A program made the translations under genes and the position numbers. Below the pieces are notes generated by a model. It saw only the letters and a list, made by a program, of their open reading frames with translations. It made no database searches and was not told where the DNA came from. 64,000 nucleotides of DNA, taken from positions 1,152,001 to 1,216,000 of the forward strand of contig CBDETK010000013.1 in NCBI GenBank assembly GCA_965242865.1, read 5' to 3'. Origin of the DNA: Candidatus Latescibacterota bacterium (lineage in GTDB: Bacteria > Latescibacterota > UBA2968 > UBA8231). This document shows positions 19,888 through 29,147 of the stretch, in pieces; position 1 is the stretch's first letter, and every line of letters begins with the position of its first letter.

Positions 19888-20560
19888 AATTTTGGTAGTT
19901 GAAGACGAAGCGGCCATTGCCCGGATCCTGCTCGACAACCTGATCTTTGAAGGGTATGAGGCCGAGGCGGTCGCCGATGGCGCAAAAGGACTGGAGCGGG
20001 CCTTGGCTTGGCGGCCAGACCTGATTCTGCTCGACGTGGTGTTGCCCACCATGGATGGATACGAAGTGTGCCGTCGTCTGCGCGCCCAAGGAGCGGCCAC
20101 GCCCATCATCATGCTCACGGCTCGGGGCGAGGAGGTGGACAAAGTCTTGGGCTTGGAGTTGGGGGCCGACGACTACGTCACCAAACCTGTGGGCGTCCGC
20201 GAACTCATGGCCCGGGTCAAAGCGGTGTTGCGGCGAGGCGAGGCGGCCCCGGCTGCGGGCGCGGTGCTGGCGTTTGGAAAGGCGCGAATCGACTTCGACC
20301 GCTACGAGGCGACCGTGGACGGCCGGGCCGTGCATCTGTCGCCCAAGGCGTTTGGCGTGTTGCGCCTGCTGTGGGAAAGCCGGGGACGCACCCTGACCCG
20401 GGCCGATATCTTAGAGCAAGTGTGGGGCTACGAAGTGTACCCCACCACGCGCACGGTGGACAACCACATCGCCGAACTGCGCCACCGCTTGGAAGCCGAC
20501 CCGGCCCAGCCGCGCCACATCCGCACAGTCCACGGGGTGGGATACCGCTTTGTAGAGTGA
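19880..20560 (+). CDS. OmpR/PhoB-family response regulator
   Basis: ILVVEDE, LLDVVLP, GADDYVTKP, RTVDNHI and TVHGVGYRF. Confidence 0.95.
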   Translation: MPRILVVEDEAAIARILLDNLIFEGYEAEAVADGAKGLERALAWRPDLILLDVVLPTMDGYEVCRRLRAQGAATPIIMLTARGEEVDKVLGLELGADDYVTKPVGVRELMARVKAVLRRGEAAPAAGAVLAFGKARIDFDRYEATVDGRAVHLSPKAFGVLRLLWESRGRTLTRADILEQVWGYEVYPTTRTVDNHIAELRHRLEADPAQPRHIRTVHGVGYRFVE

Positions 20561-20591
20561 CGGCAAGTCGGGCCGCGAGGAGCGCGAGACC

Positions 20592-20885
20592 ATGAAGAAC
20601 GCTAAGTGCAACTTCTGCGAAAGCGAACGCTGCAAAGACCGGCGAATCGACTACCTGTACAGTCACCAAGGCCGATACCTGTTGGTGCCCAACACCCCGG
20701 TCGAAGTCTGCTCTCACTGTGGCATGATATACTACGACGCGACCGTGCTCAAGGAGATCGAACGGTGCTTTTTCGCCATTCAAAACAAAAAAGAAGAACC
20801 CGATCAGTATATCGAGATGCCGACCAAATCGTATTATAGCAGTTCTACATCCTTCAAGACTGGATTCCCGCGTTCGCGGGAATGA
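20592..20885 (+). CDS. YgiT-type zinc-finger (MqsA-like) protein
   Basis: KCNFC...NTPVEVCSHCGMIYYD. Confidence 0.8.
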   Translation: MKNAKCNFCESERCKDRRIDYLYSHQGRYLLVPNTPVEVCSHCGMIYYDATVLKEIERCFFAIQNKKEEPDQYIEMPTKSYYSSSTSFKTGFPRSRE

Positions 20886-21011
20886 CCCACGACGCGCCCC
20901 TCACCCGGCCCTTTCAGAGGGGCTAAGCGGAAACCCGACCGCAACATACAAATGACGACTCTATGCAAAAAAGACAGTCTCAGACGCGAAAGTACAACCT
21001 TTTTGCACGTC

Positions 21012-21030
21012 CATGACAAAAACATGACAA
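21012..21030. promoter_or_regulatory. OmpR/PhoB-type tandem binding box
   Basis: CATGACAA-AAA-CATGACAA direct repeat with an 11-bp period (TTGTCATG on the other strand), about 65 bp upstream of the gene at 21095. Confidence 0.6.
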
Positions 21031-21094
21031 CTCGGGCCGCGGCGCTGTTTAGGTTCAAAGGTGAGCATTCACTTACCTAACAAGGAGGAGCATC

Positions 21095-23077
21095 ATGGAG
21101 CGCGTTATAGCGGTCCTCTTGAGTAGCGCATTGCTGACCGCCAGCGGCCTACTGGCCAGCAGTGTCGAGGAGACGTATCAGGCGGCCCTCATGCAGGAAA
21201 AGGGCGAGGGCGACCTCAAGGAGGCCATGCGCCTCTACCAGCAAGTGATCGAGGCGCACGAGAAAAGCGAAGGCGACGCGAGCATGGCGGCCCGGGCGCA
21301 GCTTCGCCTCGGGGTGTGCCAAGAGAAGATGGGGCTGGCCCAAGCGCACCAAACCTACGAAGCGGTGCGCGACCAGTACCCCGACCAATCCCAAGCGAAA
21401 GAGGAGGCGACGCAACGCCTAAAATCGGCGCGCCAGCGCGAGGCAACGATCGAGGAGCCGTCTGCTCTCTCCCCCTCCGCGGTCCGTGCCGACTCGGCGC
21501 ACGGGCTGTTGGTCATCGATGGACCACTTGGTGCTTCGACGGTGCCGCTCAGCGACGCGCAGGCGCACGGGCTGTTGGAGACAGCTCGATTATTGCGCTC
21601 GAGTAGTGAGCGGCTCAACAACGAGCAGGCGCGCGAGCTGTTGGGGAAGGAAGATGTCCTTTTAATCGACGGCCCGGGGTTCAGCGACGCGCAGCTGCGC
21701 GAGCAGTTGGAGGCCGTCCAGCGGCAGTTCAAGAATTTCCAGCAGCAGCAGCGGAAATACGCCGAGCAACAGCTCGAAAACTTCCAGCGGCAGCTAAAAC
21801 AGGTCGAGCAACGGCTAGAGAATTTCCAGCAGCAGCAGGGCGTCCGGTCCATTCCGCACTTCCTTGTACATCACCGAGCGGACCAGCACTACTACCACTA
21901 TGCCAACTCGCCGCCGGTAGTCCCCTACGCGCATAAAAAGGTGGCGGAGGTGCCCGTGCAGTGGAAATTCCGCCTCGAGGAAGGCGAACATCCGCAGCAG
22001 CCCCACATCTACGCCGCCCCGGACTTCGACGATTCGGGCTGGGACGCGATCGACATTGGCCAAGCCTGGGAGGATCAGGACTATGACGACTACGACGAGG
22101 GGGCTTGGTATCGCGCCCGGATTGAGGTGAAAGCCGAGGAGGGCCGGCCGGTGCTCATGGCCTTCGGCGGCGTAGATAAGGACGCTTATGTGTTCCTCAA
22201 CGGCCACTGGGTCGGCCAGCACCACCAGTGGAACCAGCCCTTCATTCTCGACATCAGCGACCACGTCGTGCGCGATGGCGAGAACACCGTAGCCCTGTAC
22301 GTGTACGACGGGCTGGGCATGGGCGGCATCTACGGCCTGATCAATGTCCACCAACCCACGGGCGAGGTGGAGACCGACGACTTTGCCGCCAATCGCGGCG
22401 GGAACTTGGCGATGGGACCGGGCAAAAACGGCTGGCCGGTTTTTGAGGCCCATCTCGCCCACGGCGAGCCGTACCGCCGCTATGCTCACCGGCCACCGCA
22501 CATTCCCTACGCCTACAAAAAGGTGGCCGCAGTGCCCGTGCAGTGGAAATTCAGACCCTACGCGGAAGAGCACCAAGCGCACCAAGACGCCACCCTGAGC
22601 CGCGTCGATTTCGACGACTCAAATTGGGCCACAATCGACATCGGGCGGGCTTGGGAAGATCAGGGCTACGGCAACTACGACGCCGGGGCTTGGTATCGCG
22701 CCCGGATTGAGGTAGAAGCCGAGGAGGGCCGCCCGGTGCATCTGGCCTTCGGCGGCGTCGATAACAGCGCTTATGTGTATGTCAACGGCGTCTTTGTGGG
22801 GGAACATCACGGGTGGAACAGCCCGTTCATCCTCGACATTAGCGAGGCGGTCGATTACAAGGGCCAAAACGTGGTTGCCGTGCGGGTGTACGACGGGCGG
22901 GACATGGGCGGCATCTACGGCAATGTAGCCGCGATCCAACCCACGAGCGACGAGAACCTCGACCGCTACCTAGCCAACTCGGCCGCAGGTCGCCTCCGCC
23001 AGAAAGAATTTGGCGAGGCGATCACCGGCGGCAACTCGGGCAAAAAGAGCTTTTGGAGCCGCTTAAACCCCTTTTAA
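21095..23077 (+). CDS. Secreted protein: TPR-like N-terminus, Gln-rich coiled coil and two tandem GH2_N/beta-galactosidase jelly-roll domains
   Basis: Signal peptide, then duplicated QWKFR...FDDS.W..IDIG.AWEDQ...GAWYRARI...AFGGVD..AYV..NG...YDG..MGGIYG. Confidence 0.8.
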   Translation: MERVIAVLLSSALLTASGLLASSVEETYQAALMQEKGEGDLKEAMRLYQQVIEAHEKSEGDASMAARAQLRLGVCQEKMGLAQAHQTYEAVRDQYPDQSQAKEEATQRLKSARQREATIEEPSALSPSAVRADSAHGLLVIDGPLGASTVPLSDAQAHGLLETARLLRSSSERLNNEQARELLGKEDVLLIDGPGFSDAQLREQLEAVQRQFKNFQQQQRKYAEQQLENFQRQLKQVEQRLENFQQQQGVRSIPHFLVHHRADQHYYHYANSPPVVPYAHKKVAEVPVQWKFRLEEGEHPQQPHIYAAPDFDDSGWDAIDIGQAWEDQDYDDYDEGAWYRARIEVKAEEGRPVLMAFGGVDKDAYVFLNGHWVGQHHQWNQPFILDISDHVVRDGENTVALYVYDGLGMGGIYGLINVHQPTGEVETDDFAANRGGNLAMGPGKNGWPVFEAHLAHGEPYRRYAHRPPHIPYAYKKVAAVPVQWKFRPYAEEHQAHQDATLSRVDFDDSNWATIDIGRAWEDQGYGNYDAGAWYRARIEVEAEEGRPVHLAFGGVDNSAYVYVNGVFVGEHHGWNSPFILDISEAVDYKGQNVVAVRVYDGRDMGGIYGNVAAIQPTSDENLDRYLANSAAGRLRQKEFGEAITGGNSGKKSFWSRLNPF

Positions 23078-23348
23078 CGCCAAGGCCACTCAGAAGCGGT
23101 CTGCTCCGCAAACCCTGCTTGGGGTTGGCTGTCCAGTGGCCTTAACATCGCCCGTTTTTCATAGCGCGAGACGGCCTCCTTTCGTCTCGCAAAGGACGGA
23201 AATAGGAGTCTTCAGACCGCTTCTTAGAAACGGTCTGAAGACTCTGGTGGTCGTCCCTTGCGTCCAACCGATCATTGCCGTAGAAGTAAGCAGGTTGCGG
23301 CTTCTGCGTTCAGGCTTTTATTTAACGACGGCAAAGAACCTACAATCA

Positions 23349-23449
23349 GGGGCAGGCCCCCGTGCCTGCCCGTTAGAATCCCGTTGGGGCGGCCCCCCGT
23401 GCCTGCCCGTTAGAATCCCGTTGGGGCAGGCCCCCGTGCCTGCCCGTTA
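23349..23449. repeat. REP-like tandem repeat (37-bp unit, about 2.7 copies)
   Basis: Unit GGGGCAGGCCCCCGTGCCTGCCC-GTTAGAATCCCGTT. Each unit is a hairpin and the linkers are identical. Confidence 0.85.
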
Positions 23450-23581
23450 CAGCGGCAAATTTGGCACGATCGGTTGACGTAATGAACGAGACGATGGTTA
23501 AGCATTTCACATCAAGCAGGGGCCTTGCTGTGAGGCAAAACCCTGTTGAGTGCTTGGATTCATCGTCAAATTTAATGTGTC

Positions 23582-23622
23582 GTAAGTCCTTGAAAAACAA
23601 CGACTTACCCCCCCCCCCCCCC
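23582..23622. repeat. 27-bp palindrome abutting a C15 homopolymer
   Basis: GTAAGTCCTTG-AAAAA-CAACGACTTAC running into 15 C (23608-23622). Confidence 0.75.
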
Positions 23623-23804
23623 GAAAATTCTCCGCTAGCACCAAGCACTAAACGCTCTACTTCTCAGCATAGGCCGACGGATCGTGCGCGGCTGTTGGGC
23701 GTCGCGTCGATCTGGCCGCGTGGCCCCAAGCGCACGCTGCCGTGCGGCCTTTATGCTGGTCCCCGTTTACGGCACCACCCCCGCAAGCTGTCTGCCAAAA
23801 ACCG

Positions 23805-23882
23805 AGGGCGGAATCTCCTCGCCCCGGACGCCGCCAGAACACCAGCAAAGGCGCACCCACAGCAAGAGGCGCGTTCTGAGTG
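23805..23882. repeat. Dispersed REP/MITE-like element, copy B (degenerate)
   Basis: GAGGGCGG...CCCGGACGCCGCCAGAACACCAGCAAAGGCGCACCCACAGCAAGAGGCGCGTTCTGAG aligns with 61140-61219. Confidence 0.65.
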
Positions 23883-23975
23883 CTCCAAGCATAGCCCTAG
23901 GGCTAACTCCGCCTCTTTGGGTGCGTTATGCCTCTCTTCCAGTTTCCACACCATATCCATACAAAGGAGCAAAAA

Positions 23976-25733
23976 ATGCTTTCGTTGAAATCTCTCAAAA
24001 CCCTGCTTGGGTTCGTCCTTTTGGGCGTCGTCGGCACTTGGATCGGCTGCTCGGACTCCGCGCCGGTCGCTTCTCGGCCAGCGGGCAAAGCCACCTGTTC
24101 CTTATGCGAATTCTTGGGCGACGACGCCTACACCGCTACCGACGGGCTGGCCGCCCCCGAAAGCCCTGACACCACCCAAACCGACGCCGACGCCGATAGC
24201 ACCCAGACCGCCGACGCTGACGCCGATAGCACCCAATCGGCCACCGTGGAGTTTGCCGACGCCAATTTGGAGCGAGCGGTGCGGGAGGCGTTGGACCGTC
24301 CGCAAGGGCCGATTACCCCGGCAGACTTGGCGGCCCTAACCGAACTCGACGCGAGTTATAAAAACATTGAGAGCTTGGCCGGCCTTGAACACGCAACGGC
24401 CCTGACAACGTTGTATCTGCGGGGCAACGCGATTACCGACGTGAGTCCCTTGGCCAGCCTGACCAATCTTCAAACGTTGTCGCTGTGGGGCAACAAGGTG
24501 GCGGATGCGAGTCCGCTGGCCAGCCTGATCAGCTTACGTACGCTGGATATGTGGGGCAACGCGATTACCGACGTGCAGCCGTTCGCGGGCCTAACGAACC
24601 TGCAATTTCTCAATCTAGGTGACAACGACATTGCGGACGTCAGTCCCTTGGCCAGCCTGACGAACCTGCAATGGCTGGGCGTGATGGAAAACGCCCTTAG
24701 CCAGCACGCCGCTAACCAACAACTCGCCGCCGCGATAACAAGCGGCCTCCGCGTCGAAGCGGTACTAGAAAAATACCCCCGCGTCGAAACCGTACAAGTC
24801 TATCCAGAAGAACCGGAACCGATGGCAAGGCCCGCCCTATACTTCGCGGACGATGACACGGGACCATATGCAGATGAAAGAGACAGACGGTCTCGGATTT
24901 GGCGTGCCGACTTGGATGGCAGAAACCGCCAATCCTTCATCCTCCCTGAAGAATATGCTCCTGGACCTTTAGGAGTACTCGAAGCCCAAGGAAGTCATCC
25001 AACAGGCATCGCGGTGGATTCGGAGAACAGAAAGATATACTGGACGGACGGGGTCCTAAATAGTTCGATACGGCGTTCCGACTTGGATGGCACAGGCACG
25101 GAAACCCTCGTCTCGAGATTGGGGGGGACATCGGGCATCGCGCTGGACGTGGAGAATGGAAAGATATACACGATAGTCGGGGTCGGGACTGCTACGGATA
25201 CTATTAGCTCTTTCAACTTGCATGGCAGAGACCGCCAAAACCTCGTCATCGATGACTTGAATGAGCCAGCCAGCATCGCGCTGGACGTGGAGAATAGAAA
25301 GATGTACTGGACGAACTGGGGCGAAGATAAGATTGAGTATGCCAACTTGGATGGGGATGGCGGTGTCTCAAGCCGCCAAGAATTCCTTGCGAGCACTATG
25401 AATGGCGATCCGGCCGATTGGGCATCGGGCCTCGCGCTGGATGGGGTGAACAGAAAGATATACTGGGTGACTTACTCGCGCCCTTCGGGCCCGAGTAAAA
25501 TTATGTGGGCCAACTTGGCTGGGGATGGCTCATTGGATGGGAGCGCCCAAGACTGCATCACCACGGAGTTGACGACGGCATGGGGCCTCGCGGTGGATGC
25601 GGCGGGCGGAAAGATATACTGGGTGGACAGGGACGCGCGGACGGTTGGGTGGGCCAACTTGGATTGCTCAGAACCCGAAGACATCATCGAGGGGTTGCGA
25701 TTTCCACTGTACATCGCGCTGGGTGTTTGGTAG
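23976..25733 (+). CDS. Lipoprotein with internalin-like leucine-rich repeats and an LDL-receptor class B (YWTD) beta-propeller
   Basis: Lipobox WIGC, FADANLERAVRE cap, LxxLxLxGNxI repeats, and KIYWTD/KMYWTN/KIYWVD repeats. Confidence 0.9.
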   Translation: MLSLKSLKTLLGFVLLGVVGTWIGCSDSAPVASRPAGKATCSLCEFLGDDAYTATDGLAAPESPDTTQTDADADSTQTADADADSTQSATVEFADANLERAVREALDRPQGPITPADLAALTELDASYKNIESLAGLEHATALTTLYLRGNAITDVSPLASLTNLQTLSLWGNKVADASPLASLISLRTLDMWGNAITDVQPFAGLTNLQFLNLGDNDIADVSPLASLTNLQWLGVMENALSQHAANQQLAAAITSGLRVEAVLEKYPRVETVQVYPEEPEPMARPALYFADDDTGPYADERDRRSRIWRADLDGRNRQSFILPEEYAPGPLGVLEAQGSHPTGIAVDSENRKIYWTDGVLNSSIRRSDLDGTGTETLVSRLGGTSGIALDVENGKIYTIVGVGTATDTISSFNLHGRDRQNLVIDDLNEPASIALDVENRKMYWTNWGEDKIEYANLDGDGGVSSRQEFLASTMNGDPADWASGLALDGVNRKIYWVTYSRPSGPSKIMWANLAGDGSLDGSAQDCITTELTTAWGLAVDAAGGKIYWVDRDARTVGWANLDCSEPEDIIEGLRFPLYIALGVW

Positions 25734-25782
25734 GCATGGAGGTTCACCTGCCCGGCTGGCATGGCGTTGAGGTCGCCACCAC

Positions 25783-25870
25783 CGTAGGGGACAGGCCCCC
25801 GTGCCTGTCCCCGTACCTGTCCCATGCCTGTCCCGTACCTGTCCCGTGCCTGTCCCCATGCCTGTCCCCG
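25783..25870. repeat. GTAG-type REP followed by degenerate 11-12-bp tandem repeats of its arm
   Basis: GTAGGGGACAGGCCCCCGTGCCTGTCCCC, then about five further CCC(G/A)T(A/G)CCTGT units, lying between convergent genes. Confidence 0.8.
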
Positions 25871-25902
25871 ATCCCGCCCCTCGGAATGCACCAGCACGAA
25901 CC

Positions 25903-26934
25903 TCATTCCCACGCCCGCTCCTCCAGCATGCCCTCGCATCGCCGCCCATCCTCAAAAACCACCCGCACCTCCACCTGCGGCCGGTCAAAGTCGGCCGGCA
26001 ATTCCCACAAATGCGTCGCCAGATTGCGCGACGATTCGGCCCGCGGATCAATCGGCCCCAGCGGCCCCAAGTCCCCCACCTCAACCTGCGTGTGCGGCGA
26101 CCCATCGAACACATTGACAAAGCGGCGACCCGACGCCCGATGCAGGCACAGTTCCATCGCCTCGTCTTGCCGAGACTCGAAGGCGTGGTATTGGCTCTTA
26201 AACCCCCCTTCCCCAGCGACTTCAACCACCCGATACCCCTGCGGCTCGCGCCCTTGGGGACCGCGACTTTCCAGCCCGGCCTTCCACCAGTTGCCCGCGA
26301 CCGCGGCGGTGGTCATCACCTCCATCGAGCCGACGAAGTGGCGGCCGTTTTCGTGGTCGTGGCCGTGCAATCCGATCACCCGCTCAAAGGGCTGCAACAG
26401 GGTCAGCACGCGCTGCGCCCCGGCCATCTCGTTGGTCGGAAAGGCCATGCCCGGCACCTGCCCCATGCGCTGGGGAAAGGTCGTCGATAGGGGCACGTGG
26501 CTGGCCACCACCAGCGGCGTACCCAAGTCCAGCCCCGCCAAATCGGCCGCCAGCCACTCCAACAGGGCCTCGTCGGCCAACACGTGCCAGTTGGCCGGGT
26601 GCTCCTCGGTCGGCTCGAAATAGCGCACCGCGTCGAGCAGCACAAAGTGGACCCCGCCTATATCCGCGCTGGCGTGCATCGTCCCCCCTGAGTCCCGGGG
26701 CCGATAGCCGCTGCACATCTCGTGGTTGCCGTAGCTCAGCAGCACCGGCACAGACACCCCCTCCATGATCTGGGCGTACTGGGCCAGTGCCGCGGACGTG
26801 ATCCCCAGATCGCCGCCGTTGATCAGGGCTTCGGGCTGATGCGCCAGCATGGATTCCACGCACCGCTCAAAGCCCGCACGGGCGTCTATGCCGGTGTCGA
26901 GATGAATGTCAGTGAAGTAGATGAACTTCATCAA
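25903..26934 (-). CDS. Calcineurin-like metallophosphoesterase
   Basis: TDIH, GGDL, GNHE, SHVP and GHDH motifs. Confidence 0.9.
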   Translation of the reverse strand: MMKFIYFTDIHLDTGIDARAGFERCVESMLAHQPEALINGGDLGITSAALAQYAQIMEGVSVPVLLSYGNHEMCSGYRPRDSGGTMHASADIGGVHFVLLDAVRYFEPTEEHPANWHVLADEALLEWLAADLAGLDLGTPLVVASHVPLSTTFPQRMGQVPGMAFPTNEMAGAQRVLTLLQPFERVIGLHGHDHENGRHFVGSMEVMTTAAVAGNWWKAGLESRGPQGREPQGYRVVEVAGEGGFKSQYHAFESRQDEAMELCLHRASGRRFVNVFDGSPHTQVEVGDLGPLGPIDPRAESSRNLATHLWELPADFDRPQVEVRVVFEDGRRCEGMLEERAWE

Positions 26935-27018
26935 AACCTCCTTGGCAGAACGGCCGATGCGCGGCAGCCGGGCCGCCGCGCATCGGTGGATTCAATTACC
27001 TTGGGAGAGGGCCCCTGT

Positions 27019-27657
27019 TCACGGACGCCACGCCTCTTTCAGGCGGCCCCAAGTCGTTGGGGCGACCGAGGTGGAGGCATCTACGCGGTGGAACGTCGAA
27101 ATGGCGACATCGCCTTCCTCGGTGGTCGTCGTAATGGCCAAGGAGTCGCCCTCGATCTCGTAGGCGACGAACAGGTCGTAGCGGGTTAGTTGTCTCTCCA
27201 GAAAGCCACCGACGAACCCGGCGATGTACTCCGCTTCAAACGCCGGGTAGTCCTCTTCGGACATTCCCCCTGCGTCCGCTACGGCCCGGGCCAAGCCGCG
27301 GGCGATTTCGGTAAAAAACTCAACCGCCGGTTGGTCGCCGACGAACTGGCCGACTTCGTCGCCTTCGATCCACAGGCTGTCGCCTTCGGTCCGATACGTG
27401 CCGGTGACGTGGGCCGAGAGCCCCTGGATTGGCGGCACCAACTCGCTCAGTTCCGGGGGAATTTCAAAGAAGCCGTCCGGCAGGAAGGCGATCATTTTGC
27501 AAGTGCCATCGGCTTCAAAGGTCAGGCGGAAAGCAACCTCGCCTAAGTTATCCTGGACGATACTCCCTTCCCAAGTGCCGATGAGGGCCTCGTCTTGGGC
27601 GGCGAGCGGCAGGGCGAGCAGGCAGAGGAACGCGATAGACGACAAAAACTGGGGCAT
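27019..27657 (-). CDS. Secreted hypothetical protein with a C-terminal TTWGRLK motif
   Basis: Signal peptide, LIGTWEG lipocalin-like start, and C-terminus STSVAPTTWGRLKEAWRP. AAGGAG RBS. Confidence 0.8.
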   Translation of the reverse strand: MPQFLSSIAFLCLLALPLAAQDEALIGTWEGSIVQDNLGEVAFRLTFEADGTCKMIAFLPDGFFEIPPELSELVPPIQGLSAHVTGTYRTEGDSLWIEGDEVGQFVGDQPAVEFFTEIARGLARAVADAGGMSEEDYPAFEAEYIAGFVGGFLERQLTRYDLFVAYEIEGDSLAITTTTEEGDVAISTFHRVDASTSVAPTTWGRLKEAWRP

Positions 27658-27777
27658 GAGGGTCTCCTTTAAGGGTAAGAAATGGCGATACGTGAAAAGT
27701 ACGTCGGGACCGCCTCGGCCACAACGCGACGCCGGGCAACATGCAGACGCTACCCGCCGCCTTTCGTTCCCACGGGG

Positions 27778-29046
27778 CTAATCGTCGGGCGTTTGCCGAC
27801 TGACAACCTGCTGCTCCTGTTGCACGCGCTGGTACAAGCGCTGCCATTCCTTGGAGCCATCGTCCGCCAAAACCTCGGTGCGCACACCCTCCACATAAGT
27901 GCCCGGCGCGCTGAGGTTCTCCATGTACATGCAGGTGCCGTCCGGGTAGCAAACCGCGTTGATCAGCCGCGGCTGGGGGTGCGTGTAGGGCCGTCCCTGC
28001 CGGGCGTGTTCTTCGAGCTGCTCCGGCGGAACGCGGTATTGCTCAACCGCGGCCTCATCCACCTCGACGCCGAGGCCGGGGCTGTCGGGGACCCGCTGGT
28101 GCCCGTTGATCACCTCAACCGGCTCGGTCAGCAGATGGTGGCTGTACATATTGATACAGCTAATCGCCGGCCACCGGGCGTGGGTCAGCACCGCGCCGAG
28201 ATGGGCGTCCCAGGTGGTGGTCAACCCATTGCCGACGATCTGCAACCAAAACGGCATGGCCACTTCCGCGGCGCATTGCCCCTCGCGCATGGTCTGCGAT
28301 TTGCCGCCCCCAATCACAAAGCCGTCGCACACTTCTTCGCGCACCGCCGTGATCAGCGGCGGCGAACCAAAGTGCATGGCCACCGGCCGGTTGACCGCTC
28401 GGCGAATTTGGCGATTGCCGAGCAGGTCCGCCTGCGGGATGGGCGTTTCAAACATGGCCACGTTTTCGTAGCGTTCGAGCCGCTTCATGATCGGAATGGC
28501 GTTGGCCGCGTTTTCCCAAGAGCCGTTGGGGTCGAGGTCGAGATGAAAATGAGGGGGCACCACTTGGCAGATGGCTTCGACCTGCGCGACGATGTCGTTC
28601 CAAGGGCGCGGTTTGTTCTTGAGACTCGTGTAGCCATGCGCCACGGCCTCGGCGGCTTCGGCGGCCCAGTGTTCCGGTGAGGCGTGGCTACACCACCAAG
28701 AGATCGGCGTCCAGTCGCGCACTTTGGTGCCCAGCAGGCGATGCACCGGGACTTCGAGGATTTTGCCGACCACGTCAAACAGCGCCATCTGCAAACCAGC
28801 GCCCAAGCCGTCTTCGTGCATCAGCTCGGCCGGGCTTTGGCCGATGGTGCGCGCCACCGCATCATCGGTCACCCGGCCGTAAGTGTAGTGAACGACGGTT
28901 TCTCCCCAACCTACGTGGCCGGTGTCGGTGACGACCTTACACAGCTCTAGGATGGACCAGTTGTAAACCGACTGGCGAGTAATCTCCTGCTGTCTCGGCG
29001 TGAACGGAACATCGACGACAATGCGTTCGACATGGGTGACTTTCAT
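27778..29046 (-). CDS. Mandelate racemase/muconate lactonizing enzyme family protein
   Basis: TDTGHVGWGE, ALFDVVGK, KNK, LDPNGSW, FETP and PGLGVEVD. Confidence 0.88.
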   Translation of the reverse strand: MKVTHVERIVVDVPFTPRQQEITRQSVYNWSILELCKVVTDTGHVGWGETVVHYTYGRVTDDAVARTIGQSPAELMHEDGLGAGLQMALFDVVGKILEVPVHRLLGTKVRDWTPISWWCSHASPEHWAAEAAEAVAHGYTSLKNKPRPWNDIVAQVEAICQVVPPHFHLDLDPNGSWENAANAIPIMKRLERYENVAMFETPIPQADLLGNRQIRRAVNRPVAMHFGSPPLITAVREEVCDGFVIGGGKSQTMREGQCAAEVAMPFWLQIVGNGLTTTWDAHLGAVLTHARWPAISCINMYSHHLLTEPVEVINGHQRVPDSPGLGVEVDEAAVEQYRVPPEQLEEHARQGRPYTHPQPRLINAVCYPDGTCMYMENLSAPGTYVEGVRTEVLADDGSKEWQRLYQRVQQEQQVVSRQTPDD

Positions 29047-29147
29047 GGGGTCTCCTTTCGGCGGGGACGAAGTAGATAGGTGTTGAACGGCAGCGGACGC
29101 GGAGTTAAGATAATCTCCCCTTAACCAGCACGCTATATCTTATATAA

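Noticed and set aside
21940-22930. DGR template/variable repeat pair in the duplicated jelly-roll domains
   Set aside because: Both copies are in-frame coding domains, the differences are not adenine-specific, and there is no reverse transcriptase in the window.
23349-23449. Possible mini CRISPR array
   Set aside because: The linkers are identical 14-mers rather than unique spacers, there are no cas genes, and the unit is a REP-type hairpin.
23110-24012. 14-bp match AAACCCTGCTTGGG near 23110 and 23998 as a target-site duplication
   Set aside because: It is short, one copy lies inside a signal-peptide coding region, and no element features lie between them.
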